Shown here: positions 41,199-53,583 of the stretch, one piece after another
How positions within the stretch are numbered: the stretch's first letter is position 1
Layout: every line of letters begins with the position of its first letter
Origin: Tubulanus polymorphus
Lineage: Eukaryota; Animalia; Nemertea
DNA: 64,000 nt
Direction of reading: 5' to 3'
NCBI RefSeq assembly: GCF_964204645.1
Contig: NC_134027.1
Coordinates: forward strand, 19,244,560-19,308,559
Program-made: the position numbers and the translations under genes
Notes under the pieces: generated by a model
The model's database searches: none
What the model was told of the DNA's origin: nothing
What the model saw: only the letters and a program-made list of their open reading frames with translations

Positions 41199-43271
41199 GG
41201 GCATTGAATAATATGATTATATGGTATTTCAATTTGTCTTCATTCCTATGCATATTTATAACTGAAATCAATTAAAAGTTGTAGCCCATAACATACTCTA
41301 GAAATGCATTGAATTTGAACCTATTTGAAATAATTTAGATTGAGAATTTTAAAAGAACAGCCCCAATCCTATTCTGGGTCAAATCCTAAAGAAAATGGCG
41401 AAAACTAAGGCCATATCATAAACAGTACAATTCAATGGACGGTGAAGTAATGGTCATCTTCAGGAATACTGAGTTAACGAAAATATTACATGCCAAGAAC
41501 GAAAACATTAATTAGAAAATTAAGAATGAAGCAAACTAGGGTTATTACTACATACCTAGTCTACATAATTATCATATTAATAGATTTCCAACTTATTGCG
41601 GTATTCGTATAAAATTTTGATCCAATCATGGTAAACTAATTTCTAATTATTGAAGCTTTTATTATTATCATCAAAAAGACTTCATGTTTGTTACCATAGT
41701 TACAAATTATGAATATGAACTGCATAAGCATCGAATGACACCCTACATGCTTGGGTCTTAAGATCTTTCTTATATATTGATATGCAGGGGTGAAAGTTTA
41801 GAAGTTTAGATGAAAGTCATTGGAAGATTAACTTTTTGACCTGGTAGGATAGATGATGTGACATTGCCAGAGGTTCAATTACCTGCATGAAGCGTTGCAA
41901 GTGTCCAATGTAGAAACCCCATTTTGATAACTTTTACTTATGGGTTATCTCAATCGAGTTAAAGTTAATACCATTCTAAAGAACGGGGTTGTAGATTCAT
42001 GGGTGGCGATGATTAGTTTGTTGCTCTCTTCATTCCTAATCTGGTTTGAATTTGCAACATACATACATTTACTGATTGTCAAATAAGCCTGCTGACTATG
42101 TTCCGAATGGATGCATTATCTTTACCTGAAGTTCTGTAATAAAAACTAATAAAATGTGTCAGGCTGTCTTATAATTAACAGAACTGACGTTTCAGACTGA
42201 AGCACCTGTGAGTTTATTACATGATATATTCTGTTGCTTTCTGTATTCAGTGAATATTCCTATGACAACTCCAGCGAATGTAAAGAATTACAGAAATCAG
42301 GCAGCGTGATAAAACGGGGAAACAGTTTGTTTTCTCGATATGATAAATCATGGAAAGTGCGTATTTTCCCTGCTCACATTGACAAGCGGATTTGAGTCCT
42401 GTTGGCTGCTTACTGTGTGCGGGCAACATCTCAAGAGTCGTCCCATCTTCTCTTCTTTGTGATTTAGTGGTTGGGGTGATGACATACATGAACTTACAGA
42501 AAATGTATTTCTGGCTTGTTTCATCACTGCTTCTGATTTTGCTCCGAAAGGAGAAACAATACCCATTTCCATCAGGATCATTTTGTTCTTTAAAATTGTG
42601 GTTGATGTATTGGGTGCCATTTTGATGTCATGTGCAGTGTTCTCCATAAGGGGTTTTTGAGGGGAGGGCCACCCCTTGAAAATTCAAAAACACCCCTGTT
42701 ATTTTTTGCCGCCCTTCTAAAAAAGTCAAGCGCCCCTACAAAAAATTGATCTACTGTGTCCCAATAAGTTGAGACACTACCGGTACGTCAATAACTGTAA
42801 AAAAATAGAGCGAGTCAGACAAAGCTTCACGCCATATAAACATACCTCAATAATTGTAGAAATGGCTCGCCACGAAGCCACGTGGCGCTGCTTAAGTAGG
42901 CCTATAAGTATACTGGGATTTTCCAGCATGCTAAAAAAAAAGAAAAATGCGCGCGAAGGTCCCGACACTGCAGCGCTCAGCCGCTGAATACGAAAGCGGC
43001 CTCAACTTTTCAAGTTCTAAAAATAGGTTACCAAATGGAAAGAAATTCAATGCTTGCTGAGCTTTATTGACAAATCTAAATTATATACATGGAAGAACAT
43101 CAAAATATTTTATGCACGTGTAAGACTACTAATTACCGGCAGGCAAGTGCTTCAAGCAAACTGCCGACGATCACTTTCTAGTCAAAGGATATGAAAATTA
43201 ACGAACTTAAACTAGGATATTAGGATAGGATTGTAAATTTCAATCGCGCCTTGTAAATAGCAGGGCTATTA

Positions 43272-45058
43272 TCAAAGGCGCTCTCCAGACGAAGATGGTG
43301 ACTTGAACAGAAATGTCTTGAGCTGTGCTTTGAATGCTGGCAGAGAGTCAATACCACGGAGAGGTTGCGGAAGGGAGTTCCACACTGTAGGTGCAAATGT
43401 CTCAAATGCACGTCCGCCGAATGATTTAAGACGACATGATCTGACTAACAAAAGGTTCTGCGACCCGGAACGAAGTGTTCGGACTGGTCTGTAAACTGTT
43501 AACAGGCTGGAGAGGTAAGAGGGTGCCAAGTTATGGAGGCACTTAAAAACCAGCAAAGCAACATTAAATAAGATCCGTTTGCGTACTGGTAGCCAATGAA
43601 GTGAACGGAGAATCGGAGAGATGTGATCACATGACTTAGTGAGTGTAATAATCCTAGCAGCTCTATTTTGCACAAGTTGGAGTCTATGAAGAAGATAATC
43701 ACTGATATCATACAAGCAGCTATTGCAATAGTCTAATCGCGACAGAACTAAAGACTGCGTTAACATTTTTGCTGAGTTTTACGTCAGGAAGCGTCGAGCA
43801 GAACCAATAATCCTAAGATGAAACGAGGCGGAACGAGCCACACTTTTGACTTGGCTGTCCATGGGGGACGAATCAAACATCACACCTAAGTTTCTCACCG
43901 GTACTTTCTGCACTGGGATAAAGGCGCCGCCGACATTTAGAGGTCGTATGTGAATAAACAAACTCTGCTTAGTTCCAACGAGAAGGGCCTCGAACTTATC
44001 TGGATTACACATGAGTTTATTTTCAAAGAGCCATGTATGAACCCTGTTCAAGGTGTCCTGAGTTCTTTAAGCTGCTGGGATAGATCCGCATCAAATTTGC
44101 AAGACAAGGCAACATACGTTTGTTTGTCATCTGCAAAGCCTTGTCGCTTTACAATATCACTAGTAAACAGATGCATATGCGGCAATACATAGACAAGGAA
44201 CAGAAGGGGGCCATGGACCGAGCCCTGGGGTACACCACAGTCCAGCACCTTTGGGTTTGATCGACAACCATCAATAACCACTGCTTGTGTGCGCTCACTC
44301 AAATAGGATCGAAACCAACTAAGTGCACTACCAGATATTCCAAGAAGACTCTCCATGCGAGTGAGGAGAATGTCATGATCCACAGTGTCGAAAGCAGCAC
44401 TTAAGTCGAGGAGCACAAGTAGAGCACAGCCATGACTGTCCACCATACACCTGAGATCATTCTGAACCCTGAGTATTGCAGTTTTGGTGCTATAATTACA
44501 CTTATAGGCTGACTGTAGGGGGTCGTGCAAGTTGTTCACCTCCATGTATCTAGATAATCTAGCAGCCACCACTCGCTCAATAACTTTAGACAAAAACGTA
44601 AGATTTCTTACTGGACGATAGTTTTTAAAGACATCAGCATCCAATGTTGGCTTTTTGAGAATGGGTGTAATCAGAGCCAGTTTTAATGACTTTGGAACAG
44701 AGCCATCAGACAGTGAGCGGTTGATTATAGAGGTAAACACTGTTACAATTGAAGGTATGACATCCGGATATTTAATTAGCCATGTAGGCAAGATGTCCAA
44801 ACCACATGACTTTGATGGTGAAGAAACTATGATTTTGCGTACTTCACTTGCGGAAGCTTCATCAAGTGTATTAAGGTGGCAGGATGATAGTGGATCATCT
44901 CTTGCTGGGCGCATTTGATCAAAACGATTCTGAATGTCTTTGACTTTGCCAATGAAGAAGTCGGAAAATTCATCAGTTAGTTTGGCCTTATCGTCAGTAT
45001 GCGTTGGCAGTCTACAAGTACGGTCCTTTACAAGAATTTCATTGAACACGCGTTGCAT
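43272..45058 (-). pseudogene. LINE ORF2 reverse transcriptase and L2-type C-terminal domain, split across 3 frames
   Basis: NYRPV, LDLSAAFDTVDH, GVPQGSVHGP and FADD in ORF 44048-45058. W..NKL.CNPDK and VRNLGV in 43779-44051. SRLDYCNS and HISPILRSLHWLP in 43272-43766. Confidence 0.95.
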
Positions 45059-45096
45059 GGCTTTTGTGTCTGAACCAGCATCAGTTATTCTATTGT

Positions 45097-46338
45097 TCAG
45101 GTTGTCACGCTTAGCCTTGGCAATAAGTATGTTGTAGTGGTTGCGCGCGCTATGAAACGTTTGAAAATGTATCGTAAGTCGAGTATCCTTCCACCTCCGT
45201 TCGGCTGCCCTTTTAGTGGAACGAGCATGACGCAGTTCATCGTTGAACCATGGATAAGAAGGCTTAACATTGATGACCTTCTTCTTGAGCGGGGCATGTC
45301 TAGTATGTTTTCAAGGGCTGTGTGATAGTAGTGGCACACTTCAGACAACCCTATGCCTTCAGCAGGTGGTGCTAATGAAGCAATGTCCATACCTAGAGAT
45401 AAGGAATTTATGGCGCGCATATTCCTGGTCAAAATAACCTTTCTGGTTGGTGGAGCTCTTGGAAATGCAATGTCGCAAACAAACAAAAGATGATCAGATA
45501 ACATATCACACTGAGACAAAGCCTGAACGATGTTACTGGTCTGGGCTGTGATGACAGCATCCAATGTATGACCCGACCTGTGTGTAGGGAAATCTACATG
45601 TTGCTTGAGATCAAGGGACTGGATCAACTCCATAAACTGAATGGTATCAGGTGAATTTGGTACGTCAAAGTGAAAGTTCAGATCTCCAACAAGTACAAGT
45701 TCTCCTGGGCTAGAACTGAGTTCAATCATAAGTGGTGATACTTCGTCGATAAATCCAGTAACAGTAAATTTGTTCTTAAGCGAGGGTGGTGGTCGATAGA
45801 AATTGACAATGTGGAGAACTCTAGATCCAGCTGACAGCTTGATACTACAGGCTTGGAATGAGTTGCCTGGTAGGCAGAGTTCCTTTCTCTGAATGGTGGG
45901 TCCTTGTTTGAGAAGGAGACCCACACTGCCATATCCAGTATTTCCAGAACGTGGGAAATTCACAAAGTTATATCCGGGGGGTGTAAGTGATCTGGCAAAG
46001 AAGGCATCCTTGTCAGATGTAGATAACCAGGTTTCAGTCAGACACAGATGTTCAATGTCATATTCAGTCACAGCAAGGCGGATCTGATCATGTTTATTCC
46101 TGACAGATTGAGCATTGAAGACACCCAGTTTGAATCCACTCAAAGTTTGTTTACTATCCACTGAATGTCCAGGTAATGTCCCATGAAAAGGTTTAGAGCC
46201 TAAACCTCTGACTTTCAATCTCGTTGACATGCGTCTGTAGATATTAAGTGAACGAAGTTTATGTTCCAGTTGGTTTGATATATTAAGTCGACTATAGTCA
46301 AGTAATCGCGTGATCGAACGTAAATTGTCCATTATCAC
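45097..46338 (-). pseudogene. LINE ORF2 N-terminal part: apurinic-like (APE/EEP) endonuclease domain
   Basis: Motifs FNAQS, LTETWL, YRPP, GDLNFH, GHTLD and SDH. The frame drifts near 45300, indicating a frameshift. Confidence 0.93.
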
Positions 46339-48839
46339 AAGGCTATGTAATCCAATTTGGTGGTAGTAGAATTATCTGAATGTTGAAAATCCAAAAAGTC
46401 CAAATAAGTTTAAACACTCTCCAGTGATGAGAACAGTAAAGTCTTTCAGCCAGCACAGTATTGGAATATTCACTACACAAATAAACACATCCATCCGAGT
46501 CAAGGGCCCTGGAGAGGCCTTGAAATTGTAACTTTGGGCAGAGCTGAGGAGCAGCACTTCAGCGCTCACCCAACGCCATCTACACTAGCTGATTATGATC
46601 CCAAATGCTGGGAAAATCGATCTGAGGAACTACAAATAGGAAATTGACCCCCTCTATCCTAATAAGTGCTCATACCTTCGGCGCTCGTTTTCGCGTACAT
46701 ACCGCCCCTGAGAATTTTATTACAATGGAGAATACTGATGTGATACATGACTGCTCGCTGCTCACTTCTGTTCGTTTTCTGTGCATGCACATTAACTGCC
46801 AAATATTCAAGGATTTGGGTGAAACAAATGAGAACATCAATCATTTTGTTGCATGTTTCAGTATGTCTCATTGGGCATTTGGCTTTAAACCCAGTGCGCA
46901 GAGCACAATTTCATTTGTTTTTTCTTGCATGTTTCTTTTCTTGATTGTGGTCCAAAACAAGAGACACTTTTGTGAAACACTGCTAGTTTCTTAAAACAAA
47001 CAACAATACTTTGATTGCTGTTTGTGATCCAGAATAGCTTTACAAAATGGCATACAATAACCAATCAATGACAATGAGCTGATCTGATCACCACCATTTT
47101 GATAATGTCATACAATTACTACTTTTCTCATCACTAGCGGTGGGCTGTGAGTTTATTATGGTGTTTCTCGTTTGCAAAAGTAATCGAACCAAATCATTGA
47201 AACACATGAAAACAAAATTTGTTTCTTGTTTGAAGGTTTTTCTTGCTATGTGCTCTAGGCTTTTCATTCTCATGACTTTACTCGATATATTTGATTGCCC
47301 TAGATCCAATCAATATGGTAGCGATCACTTCATAAAAGCGGTGCTGATTTGCTCGATTGCTGCATTGTAATATCTGTTATCTTTTCTCTCAGCAGATCTT
47401 ATGTTGTCATCAACTAGTTTTGGCACGAGAATAAAGTCTTTCTCCAAGAATCATTGAAGGTTTAAGCTTGGAGTAATTTGTTCTGATTATAACTACAATA
47501 TGTAATTGATTTTAACTCGCTCGAGAGTTGTAACGTAAAATCACCTTGTTAGTGTGTTGCTTATTCCATTGACCGGTATTTTTAACATTTCCATTCGCTG
47601 CATTAACCCGGAACAAATCGGAAATCAATAGATTTCAAGTAGATTTCTACTGCCGCGCTAGCTAGTTTCTCTGAAACCAATTCTGACATTGGATAATGGA
47701 TTCCGCCATAGAAGACTACATAAAAACGTTATCTAAATACCAATTTGAAATGGGCTCTTAACTCAATAGGATATTTAACGTTTATGAAGAATATTCATGT
47801 AAGCCCAAATATTATTTTTTCATTATTGGTAAATTGTAATTTTTCATTAAAAAAGACAAGCAAAGGGTGATAAATATATAACAGTTAAAGCCACTTATAA
47901 GCTTAAACTGTTCATCGAACTGGGCCTGGATGTAATCATAAGCTTACTCATCCAAAATATTGTTAATTTGCTGTGTCGTTTACGGATCAAAATGTTGTTC
48001 ACATTTTCAATGAGGTCCTGACAATGTTAGTGTGGCAACTGAAAATTTCACTTGTAATGTAAACGATGATCTTGCAGAAGCACAATCTTCAGTGGACCTT
48101 CAAATTCATCTGTGCTGGATCTCTTCTCCATTTTAATCACGAATGAAGTGAATGATAAGAAAAGGTTGGCTAATCCGTTTTCTTTTTGTCCATCCATTCG
48201 TTGGGGCCTTAATTGCAAAGTTCATGACATGTTCGATGATTGTTGTAAGCTTTGAGGGCAGTGGTTTCTGAAAGTTCACCAGGGGGCAGTGAATAGTAAA
48301 ATTGCATAGGGGCCTCGGTAGCACAATGGAATCAGGTATGATGCCGTTGCATTCAGCAAGTTGTAGATAATGAAGTTTTCTATAATTGTGATCAGTTTCA
48401 ATGACAGTGGTTTCTGTGTATGTCAACCAGGGGCATTGAGGATTGTAATTTCATGATATTTAATTCAATTTACATTGGTACACCTGAATATTTCGTATCT
48501 TCAATTGATTGAAAAGTTGTAGCCCATGACGTATTCTGTATTCGAGTTTCAAGCTCTTTGAATAATGAAATTGTCAGATTGTTGTGCATTTCATTGCCAC
48601 ATCCCAAGTGGTATCCCTGGACCCTAGTTAAGAATGCAGCTGATTTAAGAATTTAACTAATTCATGTCATTGTTTTCATTATTTCCCAACTCTATGAAGA
48701 CACATCTGTTTTTGAAGTATTTCACGAAGGTAGCGCTTTGTGTACGCGGAAAAGCGCATAACAAGAACATTTTATTATTGTTATTATTACTATATCCCAC
48801 TTGAAGGTATCTGGTCCTTATATAATTTCATTTAATTTA

Positions 48840-49132
48840 CCCTTTCAGTGCTGACTAATCAATACCCTATAATGCTGGAGATAATTTTAAAATTTTGAAA
48901 AATCCCACCCTAGTGTGTTGAATAACGGGAATACCACTATAATGCGTATAGCCTACACCGCGGTGCGGTATATCCTTAGTTACTAATATTACACTATGTT
49001 TGACAAGTGCTGCCATCTTTCAATAGAGATAAAAACTAATTACTATTTACATCAATACCCCGCACTGCAGTGTACTAGCAAAATCCATCACCGATTCATA
49101 CACTGCACTGCGGTGTAGACGCACTGAAAGGG
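48840..49132. mobile_element. piggyBac-like MITE; second, diverged copy at about 59400-59594
   Basis: TIR CCCTTTCAGTGC / GCACTGAAAGGG with flanks TTTA and TTAA. The 3' half matches 59450-59594 (GTGCTGCCATCTTT...CTGCACTGC.GTGTA). Confidence 0.78.
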
Positions 49133-49649
49133 TTAAACTTTTTTTAGAAACCTTTCTGATTATATGATTCAATTATGCCGGACATGATGACATTCAAGCT
49201 TGCTTCTGTGAGAACCATTCAGGCTCCAGCTAATAAACTGTACCATTATTTTCTAAAAAGCAATTAAAATAGCCTGGCATACCTTCGGGTTCTGGCTGGG
49301 TTTCAGAATGTTGGGAGATATTGATAAATCATGGCAACTTTCTTATATCATTTCAGCACTTACAAGATTTAAAAGATCGGAATGAGTTAAAAGTCAACAG
49401 AATAGATGGCACTGTGTTAGTGGATACTGCTGAAAAGGAGTTGAATAAAGACTTGGATAAGAAAGTCCAAGCCATAAGGGTTAGTATTGTATAATAATGA
49501 TATGCATCTCCTTTTTCAGTAACATTTTTTTCATAAATTCATACAGTAGTTTAGATGATAAAAGGGGAAAGGACAATTGGCAAGGCTGTAGTCTAGCTGA
49601 TACCCATTACCCAAAATGATGAATTACAAAGATCCAAAATGTAACAATG

Positions 49650-49828
49650 CTGATGAATGAACCTCTTTTGAACGACCTCGAATTAACAATTTATGGGTTA
49701 TTACAAACTTAGAATGTCATCACAAATAGGACAATTTTGATGATTTCATACTGGATATAACAAACTATCGATTATAACGAATATACTTTTTGGTCCCCTG
49801 AAGTTCCTTGTAATGAGGTCCAACAGTA
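49650..49828. mobile_element. Tigger/pogo-like MITE remnant
   Basis: GAACCTC...ATAACGAA repeats...TTGGTCCC...TAATGAGGTCCAACAGTA right end. Confidence 0.5.
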
Positions 49829-51361
49829 CTTCCTTAAAGCTGTTTCCATGTTGTGGGTGCAGTTGCGGAGCAGTTGATGGTGGAAGGAGCATTTTTTTCT
49901 AATTGGTCATTTTGCTGTGCCTGCGCATTACCTGTGCAGCATAGTTCCATGATTTTTTGGGAATACCAGGTAATATGATATATAAAAGCCCACTTCATAT
50001 AATTTGGGATTAGAAAAAAATTAGCTTTGAAAGTTTAGAAATTAAAAAGATAAGCCCATTAGCACCTGGGAATTTCACGACCCAGTGTCTCTTATTCCTC
50101 AGACAATTCAGGGGATGAACATAGCTCATTTCCAGTTGATGTTCTATTATTAAAAGCGTTACCTACTATTGACCACGCAGGACTTTTATGACATAAGATT
50201 TGATATGGTGGGCCAACAGAATCGTGACCATTTGCCCCCGAAATCCATCCTGCCCTACCTGATAAGGTATTTCATAATGTGGCATATGGTCTGTGGCTAA
50301 AATCTTAGTTTTTCAGCTCGTCCTTGTCAACATATAGCTAATGAAAAACTTGTTCCCGTGTTTTGTTTGTTGACATGACTTTTAACTCTAAAATCTTAGA
50401 AGAATATATATGGCCGCATTCATCCCTGTTTGGATATCAAGTTTATCCTTATGGGTTCAAATCCTACTGTAACCGTTTTGTGTTGCAGATAGAGTCGGGG
50501 CGAATTTGGGTGGCTTGAGTAATAGGCATGGTGGATGTTGGCATCTTTTGATGTTGGCAGGGTTCATAGGTTAATTGAGTTAGAATTTTAGGGATAAGAT
50601 AATTACGGATTGGGGTGGCAAGAGGTTATGTATTTAGAAAGCTAGAAATCATGTTGACGAAAAGCATTGTTTTAATTGATTACAAAAACTCCCATACCCA
50701 TTTTGTGGTAACACAACGCCATAATCGACCACCACTGTCTCTGCATTCGCACCACCAGGACACATCCACACATCCACACAAACCAGGTTAAGAGTTATAT
50801 AGTAAATTGGAAATGGGCCTATAGGCCTAAGTGAGTTAAATCAAAACATGACTTGTGACTGGGGCCATGACTAGACATTCAGTATCCCTAATTACCGAAA
50901 ACATCTCTAATCTCATCTGGCAATGGTATTTTTGGATGGATCCTAACAAACCTCATGTAACACTCTGTAGAGAAAGGAATCTATAGAATAAATGATTTAG
51001 ATTGATCGACCTGAGATTGAGTAACATAGATCTATGTTCATCATTCAGCTTGGTCTAGACTATTATTTGAACTACTGAATACTTGTGCGTACCGACTGTA
51101 AAATGATCAAATTATCTTGATTAATTGTTGAACAATGTTACATGAAAATGAATGGTATAATCATTGAACTTGTGATTACACACTTGTTAGTACTATATAT
51201 CAAAGTGACTTGCAGGCCTTTGATGTGAATATAATTCTTGTCTTACCCATTCTTCCTTCCCCCATAGCTGCAGCATAGGCAAAACCATAGATGTGGGATG
51301 AGCTATGAAAAAGATGTGGGGCCTAAATGACTTTCCTATCTGCCATTCCGTTTGTCACAAC

Positions 51362-52260
51362 TTTTTATACCCCCAGCAATGGAGTGTAGGGGGTATACAG
51401 TAGCCAGCTCATCCATCATCTATCATCTGTGTGTGAACACAATCCTGTGCGGAGAACTCAACTACTGGTTTCTTTTCTTTTAACTTTGAACATATGTTTG
51501 TTTTTATTTGTGCACCCTACATTTTATTTTGTGGTTGGTTCGAAGATGGCCGACTGGCGGCCATATTTGTTTTCCTGGATGCTTCATTCAAGATTGAATT
51601 CTTGAAATTCAAGATGCTGCCAAGGCAGCCATCTTGAATTTCAAGTTTGTCCAATTCAGTCTATAATTCTTGATGTATTTTCATAGAATTCTGTTAATGA
51701 GGTGAGATGTGTAACAACTAGGATTTTTCAGTGCACTCGGGAACTAGCTCGTCAAAATAAATCCAAAGTCATCAATTCCATCTTGATAAAATATCTTTTA
51801 TTCAAATGCTTGGTCGGCAACTGCTCAGTACAAACTGCCAACCAAAAGTGTGCGTTGTGTCCCTCCTTCTGTTTCAACTGACTCTTATATCTATATATAT
51901 ATATATATATATATAATCCTGCATAGTAACAAAGACTTAGGTATGAAAAACAAAGGTGACAGACAGTGAGTAGACAATTTGAGCAACAACATGCCATAAA
52001 CAAAGACAGAAAGAACATATGACTAATTACTTTACAAACACGACTAACAATTACATTTCTAAACAAAACAACAAGATGCTATAGATGTATGCCACTATTG
52101 AAAATGAAGGTCATCGGCCTTGAAATATTGCCGCCTGGGTGGCCATCTTGAATTTTCTTGTTAGAACGATGCAACCTACAATTCTTCATTGATTTTCATG
52201 AAACTTGGTATTAGGATTGGGGCAGGTCAGATATCCACCCCTATTGGTTTTTTTTCAATC
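51362..52260 (+). mobile_element. Helentron-associated (HINE/DINE-1-like) repeat, interrupted at about 51750-52075
   Basis: T-run start, subterminal inverted repeat TATACCCCC (51366-51374) / GGGGGTATA (51389-51397), degenerate CATC microsatellite, and tandem AAGATGGC...GCCATCTTG cores. The 3' boundary is uncertain. Confidence 0.6.
51892..51915. repeat. (TA)n microsatellite
   Basis: Direct reading. Confidence 0.95.
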
Positions 52261-52547
52261 GAGATGTGTTTGAGAGATGTAGCCAGTAGAATGATACGTT
52301 CCCTGGCAAAGTTTTGAACTGATATATGAATATGATGATAATGATGTCACTGATGGCAGTATTTGAAATTTGAATATCGTGAACATGTGTTGCACATATA
52401 TTTCAGGCCACAAGGCATAAGTCTAGTTTTTACAGTTTCAGTTCGATGTTCATAAAACAAATGCATATTTGGGTATGAAATCGTGCATATGTGATTGATT
52501 TAGCATACTCTACAATTCTAACCTCTTTTCTCAGATAATATCATTAG

Positions 52548-52825
52548 AACTGTGGTCACATGAGCATTTTTTTTACCCTGGCCAAATTTGGCTCGGCCAA
52601 ACCATTCGCACTGGTGATGGCCAAAAAAAAATATTGGTACCAGTTTATGCAAAATTTTAGCATTTGTTAAGTTATTCCGTATGAATGCTTACTGGTTGTG
52701 GAAATAATCGTCTGATATCATTTTAAGTAAGGAGTGATTGACATGTGAATGCGCTCTCTTATTAAGCAGGGTCTGCACGGGGCCAGTTTGACAAGGTCAA
52801 GGATTTTTCCCATGTGATTGCGGCT
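52548..52825. mobile_element. Harbinger-type MITE (family B, diverged); further fragments at 8380-8570, 13430-13590, 15050-15320 and 54200-54410
   Basis: Degenerate TIR CTGTGGTCACATG / CATGTGATTGCGG and the GGCCAAATTTGGCTCGG motif. Confidence 0.6.
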
Positions 52826-52912
52826 GTTGATTATAGAGTAACAAGTAAATCACAAATGCGTGTAAATATTGCTTAGAATAATTTCAATTATATTATGACC
52901 AATTATAGTTGA

Positions 52913-53583
52913 TTTTTACCTCACTCAAAGGCTCCTGAGGGCTATTGGGTACTATCTTCGTCCATCGTCCATCGGCTATCCTTCCGTAGACAGAATTAAG
53001 ATATTAACATATATCGCAAAGTTTCAATATGCTTTGATTTTATATTTGATTTGTATTTTTGTCAACCCTAGATGTATCTACTCTACCAATCGGAATCACC
53101 AGGTGGTATTGAATTCTAAAACTTAGCGTACATCGACATTGCGATTGGAGACAACTAGTTGCCGGGCAATTTCCGGCACATGAGAGGAACTGGCTGGATA
53201 CAAATCAGTTGCTCGAATTTGTCGATGTGAGCGAGCTTACGCCTGGTTAGCGTCCATCTATCTCCAGTTCCAGCCAGTTGCCTATGTTCTACTTTTAAGC
53301 AACTAGTTGTACTCAGTTGCTGTCATATCTGTTGATATGAGCGCTCCATAATCAACAACACATGGCACAACTTTGTCGATGTACGCTTAGCTTAAAATAA
53401 GATTTATGTTCTTTCATATCGGCTCTTATGCATATTTTGTGATTGCATAGTTGTATCCCAGGATGTATTCCATGATTTTGCAGTTTCATGGTTGAGGAGG
53501 CTGCATTGAATATTCAAATAATCAGATTGTTGAGCATTTTCTACCACTTCCAAAGTGGGCACGGCATCCCGTGATCCCTAGTT
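52913..53583 (+). mobile_element. HINE-like repeat; related 3' parts at 20690-21018, 41200-41350 and 48200-48629
   Basis: TTTTTACCTCA...TGAGGGCTA start, CGTCCAT microsatellite, and a 3' end ending CCCTAGTT shared by the copies ending 21018, 48629 and 53583. AGTTGTAGCCCATGAC core. Confidence 0.6.
53120..53392. mobile_element. Harbinger-type MITE nested in a HINE-like element
   Basis: TIR AACTTAGCGTACATCGACA / TGTCGATGTACGCTTAGCT with TSD TAA (53117-53119 and 53393-53395). Confidence 0.8.

Larger units (their letters stand above)
43216..46583 (-). mobile_element. L2-clade (CR1/L2 group) non-LTR retrotransposon, about 3.37 kb, degenerate
   Basis: Endonuclease and RT reading frames on the minus strand. 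L2-like 3' end (GAGCGCCTTTGA...GGCGCG) followed by an (ATCCT)n tail. Candidate 5-bp TSD ACTAG at 43211-43215 and 46584-46588. Confidence 0.95.

Noticed and set aside
42122-42170. Minus-strand TTACAG|AACTTCAG|GTAAAG microexon or ratchet site
   Set aside because: Sub-consensus donor, 8-nt length and no supporting minus-strand exon chain.
43303-46087. Plus-strand ORFs overlapping the LINE
   Set aside because: Antisense shadow frames of ORF2.
46812-46818. Microexon AG|GATTTGG|GTGAAA
   Set aside because: 7 nt long so frame-shifting, with a weak acceptor and a weak donor.
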